NCBI GenBank assembly: GCA_045587785.1
Contig: JAZNDA010000008.1
Coordinates: 1 to 49,644, forward strand
Direction of reading: 5' to 3'
Source of the DNA: Eubacteriales bacterium
GTDB taxonomy: Bacteria; Bacillota; Clostridia; Oscillospirales; CAG-272
DNA length: 49,644 nt
In this document: positions 32,541 through 42,444 of the stretch, piece by piece
Layout: each line of letters starts with the position of its first letter
How positions within the stretch are numbered: the first letter of the stretch is position 1
The notes under the pieces: model-generated
What the model saw: the letters and a program-made list of their open reading frames with translations, nothing else
What the model was told of the DNA's origin: nothing
Databases searched by the model: none
Translations under genes and position numbers: made by a program

Positions 32541-33782
32541 TTACTCCGCGAGGTCACCCATCTGATTCAGCATATTCTCAATAAATATCCCATATCCCGT
32601 AGCAGGATCTCCCACCATAACGTGCGTCACCGCCCCCACGATCTTGCCGTTTTGTATGATTGGACTGCCGGACATGCCCTGCACGATACCGCCCGTTTTT
32701 TCGATCAGAGCTTTGTCGGTAACTTTGACAATAAAGCATTTTCCTCCCGTCGCATCGCGATTGATGTTTTGGATCTCAATACGGTATTTGCCGATGCAGT
32801 TATCGTCCAAGGTGCAGTAAATATATGCCTCCCCCTCCTTGACCTCATTTCTGAGAGCCAACGGCAGTGGTTCTTCGGCTGTCTTTGGGCACTGGGCAAA
32901 CACGCCAAACACGCCGCACTCATCGTTTCCAACCAGCGTACCCGTTTTACCCGCATTGAAAAATCCCCTCAGCTCTCCCGGTGTTCCGCTGACACCTTTA
33001 TTGATACCGCTGATGGTCACATCCACGACGTTGCCGCGTGCAATGGGGACCAGCTCACCCGTATCGGTGTCGCAAATGCCGTGACCAAGCCCTGCAAAGC
33101 AGTTGCTTTCGGGGAAAATAAAGCTGACCGTGCCGATGCCCGCACCGTTGTCCTTTACCCACATGCCTGTTTTATAGATGCCTTCACTCTCCGAAAAGAT
33201 GGGCGTCACGATGGTCTTGTGGGTCTGCTCCCCCCGTTTATACTCGATCGTAAGCGGCTTGCCCTCGCACGCTTCTACCATCTCAGTCAGCTCAAGGGCG
33301 CTTGCCGGCTCCTTGCCGTTCACGTGCGTGATGATATCCTTTTGCCTCAGACCCGCACTGTAGGCAGGATTGACCTTGCCATCCTTTGTATCTATGTCGC
33401 AAAAGCCGATCACGGGAATCCCTTTGGTGAAAAACTTCACCCCGAACGGCATGCCGCCGGGATAGAGCTTCATATCTTTATAGGATGTCAGCTTGGCGGT
33501 CTTCAGAGGGATCACACCAAGCAGCCTGTATTCCGCCTCACACTCATAAAACAAGCTGTCCTTATACTCAAAGCACTGTGCGTCATCGCCGATCAGCAGA
33601 GCATCCGCACCGAGAAAGGACGGAATGTCCTCTCCCTCAAGCACCGAGATGCGGTCGGGGATCATGCACCGATATATGCCAAGCACCGTAAGCAGCACAA
33701 GCATGAGCGCCACGGTGGCTCGGAGCACAAATTTCATTTTTGGGTTGTACTTATATTTCATTTGCCTACGCTTCCTTATCAT
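32541..33782 (-). CDS. spoIVB: SpoIVB peptidase (S55) with PDZ domain
   Basis: GIGTVSFIFPESNCFAGLGHGICD and QGMSGSPIIQNGKIVGAVTHV carry the catalytic His and Ser contexts. The PDZ segment is GLRQKDIITHVNGK. The start codon is uncertain (33782, 33761 or 33737). Confidence 0.9.
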   Translation of the reverse strand: MIRKRRQMKYKYNPKMKFVLRATVALMLVLLTVLGIYRCMIPDRISVLEGEDIPSFLGADALLIGDDAQCFEYKDSLFYECEAEYRLLGVIPLKTAKLTSYKDMKLYPGGMPFGVKFFTKGIPVIGFCDIDTKDGKVNPAYSAGLRQKDIITHVNGKEPASALELTEMVEACEGKPLTIEYKRGEQTHKTIVTPIFSESEGIYKTGMWVKDNGAGIGTVSFIFPESNCFAGLGHGICDTDTGELVPIARGNVVDVTISGINKGVSGTPGELRGFFNAGKTGTLVGNDECGVFGVFAQCPKTAEEPLPLALRNEVKEGEAYIYCTLDDNCIGKYRIEIQNINRDATGGKCFIVKVTDKALIEKTGGIVQGMSGSPIIQNGKIVGAVTHVMVGDPATGYGIFIENMLNQMGDLAE

Positions 33783-33942
33783 TCAAATGTTTTTTGCATT
33801 GGGTTGCATGGGTTAATCTGTGTCAAAATGACCGCTTTCATGTCTAACAAATTTGATTCAAAGTGGCAATTTTTTATTACGGTTACTGTTTTTTATTTTA
33901 TGATAAAAGCCAAAAAGATATACAGCCAAAAGGAGTGTAAAT

Positions 33943-34710
33943 ATGGTAAGCGAACAAGAAAAAGTTAAATTCGAAAAAATTTGCCAAGGCGTATCCGAAA
34001 AAAACAGTGAGTGGCAAGGTATAGGTACATATCAAGAAAAAACACTGCACAGGGTCCTCAAAAGCTATCTGTGTCCCGACACCGACTTCCACGAGACCGC
34101 AGTGGGACCGTACGTTGCGGATATCGTTTTGAACGATACGATATACGAGATTCAAAGCGCGGGGCTGTTTCCCCTCAAAAAAAAGCTGGCGTATTATCTG
34201 TCAAACACCGATAAGCAGATACAAATCGTCTGTCCCGTGCTCAGTGCCAAGCGCGTCATTTGGGTAGACACGCAAAGCGGAGAAACGTCAACACCCAGAA
34301 AAAGCCCCGTGGGGCACGGCAAAATGCGCGTTTTGCCCGAACTGTTCTATCTTCTGGACGTTCTCGATTTTAACAGAGTTTCTCTTGCTATTGTTAGCAT
34401 AACAGCCGACGATTATAAGCTTCTTGACGGAAAAAAGGGCGACAAAAAGCGCGGTGCCTCCCGTCTTGAGAGACTGCCGCGCGAGCTCACAGATCTTGTG
34501 TATATCCGCTCCGCCATAGATCTTGCCAATTATTTTTTGCCCGAAAATTTGCCAACGACCTTCACTGCTGCCGAATTTTCCCGTCTGACGCATTTGCGTC
34601 GCCGAACGCTCAGTGCCGCCCTCAAGGTACTTTTGCACTTTGAGATCATCAATCGGGGCGACAAGATCGGAAACGCCATACGCTATCAGATAGCACAAAA
34701 AAATTGCTGA
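33943..34710 (+). CDS. Hypothetical protein with PD-(D/E)xK-like nuclease motif
   Basis: 255 aa. GPYVADIVLNDTIYEIQSAG fits a D...E-x-Q/K restriction-endonuclease-like core of the CoiA-like type. The C-terminus could be a winged-helix domain. Confidence 0.45.
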   Translation: MVSEQEKVKFEKICQGVSEKNSEWQGIGTYQEKTLHRVLKSYLCPDTDFHETAVGPYVADIVLNDTIYEIQSAGLFPLKKKLAYYLSNTDKQIQIVCPVLSAKRVIWVDTQSGETSTPRKSPVGHGKMRVLPELFYLLDVLDFNRVSLAIVSITADDYKLLDGKKGDKKRGASRLERLPRELTDLVYIRSAIDLANYFLPENLPTTFTAAEFSRLTHLRRRTLSAALKVLLHFEIINRGDKIGNAIRYQIAQKNC

Positions 34711-34733
34711 AGCTCACGCCTCAGCAATTTTTT
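34697..34733. terminator. Bidirectional terminator
   Basis: A-run, ATTGCTGA, 10-nt loop, TCAGCAAT, T6. Confidence 0.7.
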
Positions 34734-34734
34734 G

Positions 34735-34977
34735 TTATTCAGCGATAATAAACTTTGCGATCTTCCCGAGAAGCTCATCGGCAAGCTTATCATCCGCATG
34801 AACGGTAAGCCGGATGGGGGAAAGAAGATCCAGACTGAAAATACCCATAATGGATTTCCCGTCTACAATATAGCGGCCCGAGGACAGATCGACGTCGCCG
34901 TCAAAAGCGGCAATATCGCCCACAAACTCACGTACGTCTGCAATCGTCGAAAGACGGATCATTGCTGTTTTCATCAT
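34735..34977 (-). CDS. HPr-like domain protein lacking the His15 phosphorylation site
   Basis: GRYIVDGKSIMGIFSLDLLSPIRLTV aligns with the HPr region around Ser46 (KGKSVNLKSIMGVMSLG). The N-terminal IRLSTIADVREFV replaces the GIHARPA motif. Confidence 0.7.
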   Translation of the reverse strand: MMKTAMIRLSTIADVREFVGDIAAFDGDVDLSSGRYIVDGKSIMGIFSLDLLSPIRLTVHADDKLADELLGKIAKFIIAE

Positions 34978-35071
34978 TAAAACCTCCGATTTGTTATTTT
35001 TTCAAAGCTCATTTTGGCTCTCATACATCTTCATTATACTGCACTTGAATAAAATTGTCAACATCCGCTTA

Positions 35072-35830
35072 TCACTTTTTCTGTTGCTTGCACCATATTT
35101 TCATAACCAATCGGTGCGGCAGGAGCTTAGTGAAAAAGACCTGAATCCGTATTCTCAGACCGCATATGGAGACGTCCCTGCCTCGCTCCATATCGTAAAG
35201 CGCGCGGGAAACCACCTGCTCCGGTGTATAAAAGTGATTGTAGTAGGTAATGGTATCGTCGCACACCGCACGGTCGAAAAATTCGGTCTTGACCCAGCCG
35301 GGGCAAACTGCCATCACGCGAATTCCTCTGTTTTTCAGCTCTACGCCCAGTGCCCTTGAAAAGCTCAGAACAAATGACTTAGTAGCGCCATACACCCCAA
35401 TATACGGAACAGGCTGAAACGAAGAAAGCGAATCGATCTGATAGATCTTTCCCTCCTCCTTCATGTAAGGCAAGGTCATATAGGTCATAGCTACCAGAGC
35501 CTTTACGTTGAGGTCGATCATATTCATTTGCTCATCAAGCGGAATATCGCAAAACGCACCGAACTTACCAAAACCGCTGCCGTTTACCAGCACCGCCACC
35601 TCGGGTTTTTCGCTCTCAAGAAGCGACGCGTAACTGTCAAGGCTCGCCCTGTCCGACAAGTCAAGCGAAATACATCTGGTTTTGGTAGTCAGCTCATTTT
35701 TAAGCTGCTCTAAACGATCCTGCCTGCGGGCGATCACCCAGATCTCATCCAAGATCTCGGTCTCATCGATCCTCAGCGCAAATTCTCGCCCCATTCCTGA
35801 CGAGGCACCCGTTATGACTGCTATTTTCAT
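35072..35830 (-). CDS. SDR family oxidoreductase
   Basis: TGASSGMG is the cofactor motif, and YGATKSF is the catalytic YxxxK. Confidence 0.88.
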   Translation of the reverse strand: MKIAVITGASSGMGREFALRIDETEILDEIWVIARRQDRLEQLKNELTTKTRCISLDLSDRASLDSYASLLESEKPEVAVLVNGSGFGKFGAFCDIPLDEQMNMIDLNVKALVAMTYMTLPYMKEEGKIYQIDSLSSFQPVPYIGVYGATKSFVLSFSRALGVELKNRGIRVMAVCPGWVKTEFFDRAVCDDTITYYNHFYTPEQVVSRALYDMERGRDVSICGLRIRIQVFFTKLLPHRLVMKIWCKQQKK

Positions 35831-35839
35831 AAAAAAACC

Positions 35840-37075
35840 TCAAAGAATGATATGAACGGGCAAACCATCCTTGTATTTCACGGCTCTCTCGCCCTCGATC
35901 AGCGGAAGCAAATAGCGACAGCATTCGTCTGTTACACCGTTGCCGCGCGCATTGATATAGTCCAGCGGCACTTTTTTGATCTGATTGGCAATGGTCTGCA
36001 CGTCCGCCATGCCAACACGGGATGCATACGGCGCATCCGACACACGGTCGGTGGTCATCATCACACAGCTTGCGCCGTCCATGGCCGCACTGACCGCACC
36101 GCGCCCCACACGTACCGACTCCTCAATATCTACTGCTGACAGCAAATGCCCCGCGCAACGCTGGGGAATATTCAGCTCGACCGAGCGCACCTTGCATCCG
36201 ATCTCCTGCTTGACAGCCATCTCCAGCATCTTGCCCGTGCCCGACAGGTAACGGTGCCCGAACACGTCGGTCGCGCCGCTCTGCTGTCCCTCGCCCACGT
36301 ATCTGCCGTCTGCGAAGTGTATACCCTCGGACACCGCTACCACGATATTGGGCTTTTCGGCAAGCTTTGCCTTGACGTCCTCAAAAAATTCCTCCATAGA
36401 GAAATCACGCTCGGGAAGATACACAAGGTCGGGCTCCACACCGCTCACAAGGCGTCCGAGTGCCGAAGCCGCCGTCAGCCAGCCCGCATCTCTGCCCATG
36501 ATCTCCACGATGGTTACCGCAGGCTTTGTATACACGGCACAGTCGCGAATGATCTCAGACATCGTCGCCGCAATATATTTTGCCGCCGAACCAAAGCCAG
36601 GGGTATGGTCGGTTCCCACAAGGTCATTGTCAATGGTCTTGGGGACACCCACAAAGCGCATTTCATAATCGCTCTTTTTGGAATATGCCGAAAGCTTGGC
36701 AACCGTATCCATGGAATCGTTGCCGCCTATGTAAAAGAAATAGCGGATATCGTATTTACGGAAAAGAGCAAATACATTCTCATAAAATTCGTCATTTCCC
36801 ATGACATCGGGAAGCTTTTTACGGCAAGAGCCAAGTGCCGCCGCAGGTGTGTTCTCCAAAAGTTCAATGTCAGACTCGTTCGAAAAACGCGCGGAAAGAT
36901 CGATCAGACGCTCCTCAAGAAATCCCTCCATACCGTTTCTCATGCCGTACAGCTTATACTCTGTACCAAGGCTCAAAAATCCGCGGACAACGCCCGCAAG
37001 CGTTGCATTGATGGCGGCGGTCGGTCCGCCCGACTGCCCTACGATCGCATTTCCGTTCAGTTTCATTGTTGCCAT
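35840..37075 (-). CDS. pfp: 6-phosphofructokinase, long PfkA-family form with PPi-type signature residues
   Basis: QSGGPTAAINA; FFYIGGNDSMDT, with Asp at the position that is Gly in ATP-PFKs; VGVPKTIDNDL, with Lys in PKTIDND. Confidence 0.75.
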   Translation of the reverse strand: MATMKLNGNAIVGQSGGPTAAINATLAGVVRGFLSLGTEYKLYGMRNGMEGFLEERLIDLSARFSNESDIELLENTPAAALGSCRKKLPDVMGNDEFYENVFALFRKYDIRYFFYIGGNDSMDTVAKLSAYSKKSDYEMRFVGVPKTIDNDLVGTDHTPGFGSAAKYIAATMSEIIRDCAVYTKPAVTIVEIMGRDAGWLTAASALGRLVSGVEPDLVYLPERDFSMEEFFEDVKAKLAEKPNIVVAVSEGIHFADGRYVGEGQQSGATDVFGHRYLSGTGKMLEMAVKQEIGCKVRSVELNIPQRCAGHLLSAVDIEESVRVGRGAVSAAMDGASCVMMTTDRVSDAPYASRVGMADVQTIANQIKKVPLDYINARGNGVTDECCRYLLPLIEGERAVKYKDGLPVHIIL

Positions 37076-37078
37076 AGC

Positions 37079-38086
37079 TTACTCCTTAAACTCCTTTGCA
37101 CTTTTTTTCATCATTTCCCGAATGGGAAGGTGATACGGACACCTTTGCTCACACACGCCGCACTCCACACAAGCGGACGCCTTTACAGGTAGCGTCGCAT
37201 ATCTCTCTCTTGCCCAGTCCGCAAGACCGTATCTTTCAATATAGCCTGCAAACAAAAACACGCTTGGGATATGGATGCCCACCGTACACGGCGCACAGTA
37301 ATTGCATCTGCGGCAGAAATTGGTACCAAGCTGATCCCGAATCTGCTCGATCTTTGCAATTTCCTCACCTGAAAGTGGCGCGGGATCGTCTGCCGCCAGA
37401 CAGTTCATCTTGACCTCATCCACACTTGCCATACCTGGGATGACCACATCCACTGCGGGATTTTGGCAAATAAATCTCATTGCCAGTGTCGCATCCTCAA
37501 TGGCACCGCCCGCCAAAGGCTTCATGCAGATAAAGCCCACGTTTTTCCTTTGACATTGGTCGATCAGCTCCTGCCCCTGCGTTTCCACAATATTGTAAGG
37601 AAACATGATGGTCTCCACAAAGTCAAGCTCAAGAGCACGGCGGAAGGTCTCAAGCGAATGTGCCGTAAGACCGATATGCTTGATCTTCCCCTCTGCTTTG
37701 GCTTCAAGCAAAGCCTCTACAAGTCCGCCTTTTTCCAGTGCCGCATCTATTTTGTCGGGCGCAATATTGTGGATCTGATAAAGGTCGATATAATCGGTTC
37801 TGAGGTTCTCAAGACTGGTCTGAATGTCGGCGCGCATGCTCTCCGCCGTTTTCGCCATACTCTTGGATGCCAAAATAAACTTGTCCCGTCTGCCCTCAAG
37901 TGCCTTACCGATCAGTTCCTCGCTGACAGTATAAGCCCTTGCCGTATCGATAAAATTGATACCCTGCTCTATCAGACTGTCTATCAGTGCCACTGCACCC
38001 TCTGCATCCACCTTCTGAATGGGAATGCCGCCAAAGCCGACTGCGGACACCGAAAGTCCCGTTTTGCCGAGAACGTGATATTGCAT
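37079..38086 (-). CDS. Aldo/keto reductase with C-terminal 4Fe-4S ferredoxin-like domain
   Basis: MQYHVLGKTGLSVSAVGFGG...IDTARAY is an AKR N-terminus. Cys clusters are CRRCNYCAPC and CVECGVCEQRCP. The start is moved to ATG 38086, which has an RBS. Confidence 0.8.
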   Translation of the reverse strand: MQYHVLGKTGLSVSAVGFGGIPIQKVDAEGAVALIDSLIEQGINFIDTARAYTVSEELIGKALEGRRDKFILASKSMAKTAESMRADIQTSLENLRTDYIDLYQIHNIAPDKIDAALEKGGLVEALLEAKAEGKIKHIGLTAHSLETFRRALELDFVETIMFPYNIVETQGQELIDQCQRKNVGFICMKPLAGGAIEDATLAMRFICQNPAVDVVIPGMASVDEVKMNCLAADDPAPLSGEEIAKIEQIRDQLGTNFCRRCNYCAPCTVGIHIPSVFLFAGYIERYGLADWARERYATLPVKASACVECGVCEQRCPYHLPIREMMKKSAKEFKE

Positions 38087-38241
38087 ACTTTCCGTACCTT
38101 TCTCATCTGTGATTCTCACATCCGTACATATTGTAGCATATTTTTCGCCTTTTGGCAACCGGTATGAGAGAAAAAAACACAATTCATGTCAAATATTTTC
38201 TATAAAAATCACCTGCCCAAAAACGGGCAAGTGATCTTACT

Positions 38242-39303
38242 TTATTTTCTCTTATCCCTCTCGCGGGAAAGGTTGATAGCACCATCCTTGTAATATTCCA
38301 GCTTTTCAAGGCGCAGACCCGTTCCGATCGCCACACAGTCAAGCGGATTGTCCGCCACTCTCACGGGGATCTTGGTGATCTCGGAGATCATCTTGTCAAG
38401 ACCGCGCAAAAGACTGCCGCCGCCCGTCATCACGATGCCGTTATCCATAATATCGCCCACAAGCTCGGGCGGTGTTCTGGCGATCACCGAGCATATCGCA
38501 TCAATCACTGCCGTGATGGGCTCCATCAGTGCCTCCAGCATCTCGCGTGAGGACAGCCTCACCTTGTCGGGAAGTCCCGTTTTGACGTTTCTGCCGTTAT
38601 ATTCACCCACAAGCTCTTTCCCATGTCCGTAGACCGCGCCGACTTGACATTTGATCTGCTCTGCCGTGCTCTCACCAACCAAAATATTATATTTGGTTCT
38701 GGTGTAACGCATAATGGCTTCGTCAAATTTGTCACCTGCGATCTTGATCGACTCCGAGACAACGACCTCGTCAAGAGAGATCACCGCAATGTCCGTGGTA
38801 CCGCCGCCGATATCCACCACCATTTTTCCGTTTGCCTCCGAGATGTTAAGTCCTGCGCCCATCGCCGCCGCCACCGGCTCCTCCACAAGGAACAACTGAC
38901 GCGCGCCCGCGCCCGTAGCGGCATCGATAACAGCACACTCCTCCACCTCGGTAGCTCCCGTGGGGATACACACCATCACTCTGGGTTTGATCAAGGTGCT
39001 GCCGCAGGCACGGCGTATCAGATGATCCACCATCTGCAGCGTCACCTTGTATTTATCGATCACACCCTCCCTCAGCGGTCTTACCACCTCAAGGTTTTCG
39101 GGCGTTCTGCCGATCATGCGAAGTGCCGCGTGACCGAGCCTTACGATCTCATCCGTGTCTTTTTTGACCACGGCGATTGAGGGCTCACGAAGCACGATGC
39201 CTCGATCCTTGACATAGACAAGAATATTTGCCGTGCCAAGATCAATCCCCACGTCGTGACTGAGAATTCCGTTTTTCAGCTTATCAACAAAACCTCCTGC
39301 CAT
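38242..39303 (-). CDS. mreB: Rod shape-determining actin-like protein MreB/Mbl
   Basis: GIDLGTANILVY, VVDIGGGTTDIAV and GIVMTGGGSLLRGLD motifs. Confidence 0.95.
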   Translation of the reverse strand: MAGGFVDKLKNGILSHDVGIDLGTANILVYVKDRGIVLREPSIAVVKKDTDEIVRLGHAALRMIGRTPENLEVVRPLREGVIDKYKVTLQMVDHLIRRACGSTLIKPRVMVCIPTGATEVEECAVIDAATGAGARQLFLVEEPVAAAMGAGLNISEANGKMVVDIGGGTTDIAVISLDEVVVSESIKIAGDKFDEAIMRYTRTKYNILVGESTAEQIKCQVGAVYGHGKELVGEYNGRNVKTGLPDKVRLSSREMLEALMEPITAVIDAICSVIARTPPELVGDIMDNGIVMTGGGSLLRGLDKMISEITKIPVRVADNPLDCVAIGTGLRLEKLEYYKDGAINLSRERDKRK

Positions 39304-39366
39304 ATGCTCCCTCCTCTCTTTTTATTCATTATACAATATTTCGGATAAAAATGCAAGCCGTATTTT

Positions 39367-40134
39367 CTAATTTTTCTCGGTTTCTGCCAAACAAATACAA
39401 ATGATACGACCGCCAAATACCTTTTTCAGCTCACGGACACAGGACGCAAGGCTTGCGCCCGTTGTGATGACGTCATCCACCACCGCAATACACCTGTATG
39501 TTTTATTGATGGCAGAAAAATCCGCCTCACACAGCGCAAATGCGCCCTCCATGTTAGCCTGCCTTGCCGTTTTGTCCAAATGCTTTTGCTCTTTTGTCCG
39601 CCTTTTGACTCTGTAAACAAGTTCGCTCATATCGCACCCGAGGATACGGCTGACGCCTCTTGCCAAAAGCTCGGACTGATCAAGTCCGTCCTTCATCGCG
39701 TTTTTTCGGCTTCGAGGCAAATAGGTGACCAATACGTCCTTCGGGGAGGTATACGTCTCCTCAAGATATGCCCCGAGAAGCTCCGACAGCTGTCCCGAAA
39801 AGAAATCAAAGACCGCCCGCGTGTTTTTGCGTTTCATGTAAATGACGCACCGTCTGACCGTCGTGTCTCTCATTTTGTTATAGGAGACCATTTTGAGCGA
39901 AACCGCGCCGCCTGCCCGTTTCAGAAGGGGCGGAATGCAACGGCATTTTGACAGTTCCTCTCCGCACCTTTGGCAAACAGTCAGCTTGGCATATTCCCAT
40001 TTGCGCCGACACCTCTCGCAAAGCGCCCTCGGCTCGGTATCCAGCATATGCTCTCGCAAAAAGGTACCGCAAGCACAGCACTTTGGCGGAAACAGCAGTC
40101 CTTCAAGGATCGCCTTCAGTTTATTCTCATTCAT
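39367..40134 (-). CDS. comFC: ComF family protein (ComFC-like phosphoribosyltransferase fold with N-terminal Zn-ribbon)
   Basis: CCACG...CERCRRKW...CQRCGE Cys pairs, and the PRT motif IAVVDDVITTGASL. Overlaps the recD2 stop. Confidence 0.85.
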   Translation of the reverse strand: MNENKLKAILEGLLFPPKCCACGTFLREHMLDTEPRALCERCRRKWEYAKLTVCQRCGEELSKCRCIPPLLKRAGGAVSLKMVSYNKMRDTTVRRCVIYMKRKNTRAVFDFFSGQLSELLGAYLEETYTSPKDVLVTYLPRSRKNAMKDGLDQSELLARGVSRILGCDMSELVYRVKRRTKEQKHLDKTARQANMEGAFALCEADFSAINKTYRCIAVVDDVITTGASLASCVRELKKVFGGRIICICLAETEKN

Positions 40135-42358
40135 TTTGTGACGTTCCAAGCCTCATGCCGAGACCCGTATAGCGAAGTGTGTGCCTGTCATTTTCCACCA
40201 TGGTCGCCACTACCTCTGTCTTGCCAACAAGAATGACCATTTTCTGCGCCCTGGTCACCGCCGTATAAAAGAGATTGCGTGTCAAAAGCATGGGTGCCGC
40301 CGAATACATCGGAATGATCACCACGGGATATTCACTCCCTTGGCTCTTGTGCACCGTAATGGCATACGCCAGCTCCAACTCCTCCAGCATGGAAAATTCA
40401 TAGCTCACCATACGCTCGTCAAACCGTATCTCCATCAGCTTGTCCGAGGGGCGTATGGACAGAATCTCTCCGATATCACCGTTGAAGATGCCCATACCCT
40501 TTTGCGAGCCGCGCACCCATGCGATCTCATAATTGTTTTTGGTCTGCATGACCTTGTCGCCAACGCGGAATACCCTCTCGCGCATCACGTGCTCTGCTTT
40601 ACCCTCTGCCGCAGGGTTCAACACGTTTTGCAACAGACGGTTGAGGTTTTCGATCCCGCCCTCACCGCGACGCGAAGGGGTGATCACTTGAATTTGAGAT
40701 ATGATATCCGCGCCGTACGCCTTTGGCAGCCGTGTGTGACAAAGCTCGGCAATGGTAGAGGCGATGGCACTGTCGCTCTCTCGCGGCAAAAAGAAAAAGT
40801 CATTATCGCCCACGTTCAGAATGGGCATCTGCCCCTCATTGATGCGGTGAGCGTTGGTAATGATCAGACTCTCTTGTGCCTGTCTGAATACCTCAGTCAG
40901 CTTTACGGTAGAAAAGCGACCGCTCTCCAGAATATCGTGAAGCACGTTTCCCGCCCCCACCGACGGGAGCTGATCGGCGTCGCCAATGAGAATCAGATGC
41001 GCCCCAGGCTTTACGGCCTTGAGAAGCGCACAAAACAGATAGGTATCGGTCATGGACATCTCGTCAATGATGACAACACCTTCTTCAAGCAAATTGTTCT
41101 CATTGCGAAGAAATACCGCCGAATCCTCCTTTTCATAGGAAAACTCCAGCATACGGTGGATGGTCTTCGCCTCGTTTTGCGTGGACTCGGACAACCGCTT
41201 GGCGGCGCGCCCCGTGGGCGCGGCAAGTGCCACCCTCAGGCCCATGCTGTTGAATATACGAAGAAGTGCCTTTACCACCGTGGTCTTTCCCGTACCCGGG
41301 CCGCCCGTCAGCACCATAACACCGCTTGACATGGCATCCACGATGGCTTGCCTCTGAAGTCCCGCATAAGACAGACCGTTCGCTCTCTCCTCGCGCTCAA
41401 TAAATCGTCCGATCTCGCTGATATCCGCGCAAATGCAGGTCTTATCTATCAGCGCGAGCTTATCTGCAATATATTTCTCACACTCATAAGTGTGAGTGTC
41501 AAAAACGTAGGTTTGCTCCCCATTTTTGACGTTTACCAGCTGTCCCTGCCGCAAAAGCTCTGAAATGGCATTCTCCACTGCCTCACCATCTGCCCCCAGC
41601 GTCTCGCAAGCCGCCATGACGAGCTTTTCCCTTGGCAGACAGGTATGTCCGTTCTGAACGACATTATATGTAAGAACGTGGCGCACACCGCCCCTTAAGC
41701 GTTCGGGCGCACTCTCATCAAACCCGAGGGTCCTCGCAAACGCGTCCACCCTCTCAAATCCAATACCCTCTATCTGGTCGCAAAGCACGTACGGATTTCT
41801 CTTTGCTACCTCCACGGCGGCCGTGCCCCATCTCTGATACATCCTCACCGTTGCCGCCGCACCAAAGGCCTCACCGAAAAACATCATTGCCGAGCGCATG
41901 CCCGATTTGTTCTTAAAATCCTCCGCCGCTTCCAGCGCCTTTTTTCTCGAAACACCCTGTACCTGCGCCAGCCACTCGGGATGATTTTCCATCACATCGA
42001 AAGTTTCCTCGCCAAACTCCGCCACAATACGTGCCGCAAGCTTGGGGCCAATGCCCTTGATCGCCCCCGAGGCAAGATAACGAAGCATAGCCGCCTCACT
42101 CTTTGGCATCACGCTTTCATATTGCTCCACTTGAAGCTGTGTGCCGTACTTTGGACTATGCACCCATTTGCCGTACAGCACCATGGAGTCGCCCTCGGCA
42201 AGATACGGAAGCGTACCCGTGGCGGTGATCACCTCGCCCGAATCCAGAGCAAAGTCAAACACCGCGTAGCCATTTTGCTCGTTGGCATATATGATCCCCT
42301 CAACGCTGCCCTGAAGTTTCTCAAGACCGCCCATGAGATTTTTTTCATTTTCCTGCAC
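40127..42358 (-). CDS. recD2: ATP-dependent RecD-like DNA helicase (RecD2, SF1B)
   Basis: GTG start with RBS GAAAGGAG. Motifs: VLTGGPGTGKTT, VIIDEMSM, GDADQLPSVG, AITVHKSQGSE. Confidence 0.92.
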   Translation of the reverse strand: MQENEKNLMGGLEKLQGSVEGIIYANEQNGYAVFDFALDSGEVITATGTLPYLAEGDSMVLYGKWVHSPKYGTQLQVEQYESVMPKSEAAMLRYLASGAIKGIGPKLAARIVAEFGEETFDVMENHPEWLAQVQGVSRKKALEAAEDFKNKSGMRSAMMFFGEAFGAAATVRMYQRWGTAAVEVAKRNPYVLCDQIEGIGFERVDAFARTLGFDESAPERLRGGVRHVLTYNVVQNGHTCLPREKLVMAACETLGADGEAVENAISELLRQGQLVNVKNGEQTYVFDTHTYECEKYIADKLALIDKTCICADISEIGRFIEREERANGLSYAGLQRQAIVDAMSSGVMVLTGGPGTGKTTVVKALLRIFNSMGLRVALAAPTGRAAKRLSESTQNEAKTIHRMLEFSYEKEDSAVFLRNENNLLEEGVVIIDEMSMTDTYLFCALLKAVKPGAHLILIGDADQLPSVGAGNVLHDILESGRFSTVKLTEVFRQAQESLIITNAHRINEGQMPILNVGDNDFFFLPRESDSAIASTIAELCHTRLPKAYGADIISQIQVITPSRRGEGGIENLNRLLQNVLNPAAEGKAEHVMRERVFRVGDKVMQTKNNYEIAWVRGSQKGMGIFNGDIGEILSIRPSDKLMEIRFDERMVSYEFSMLEELELAYAITVHKSQGSEYPVVIIPMYSAAPMLLTRNLFYTAVTRAQKMVILVGKTEVVATMVENDRHTLRYTGLGMRLGTSQNE

Positions 42359-42444
42359 TTTGCCCTTCTCCTTTCATAGAGTATTTCTTTCCCTCTAAAT
42401 GAAGGATGGATTTTCGCCGCAAAACGAAAATCCATGCCCGTCCT

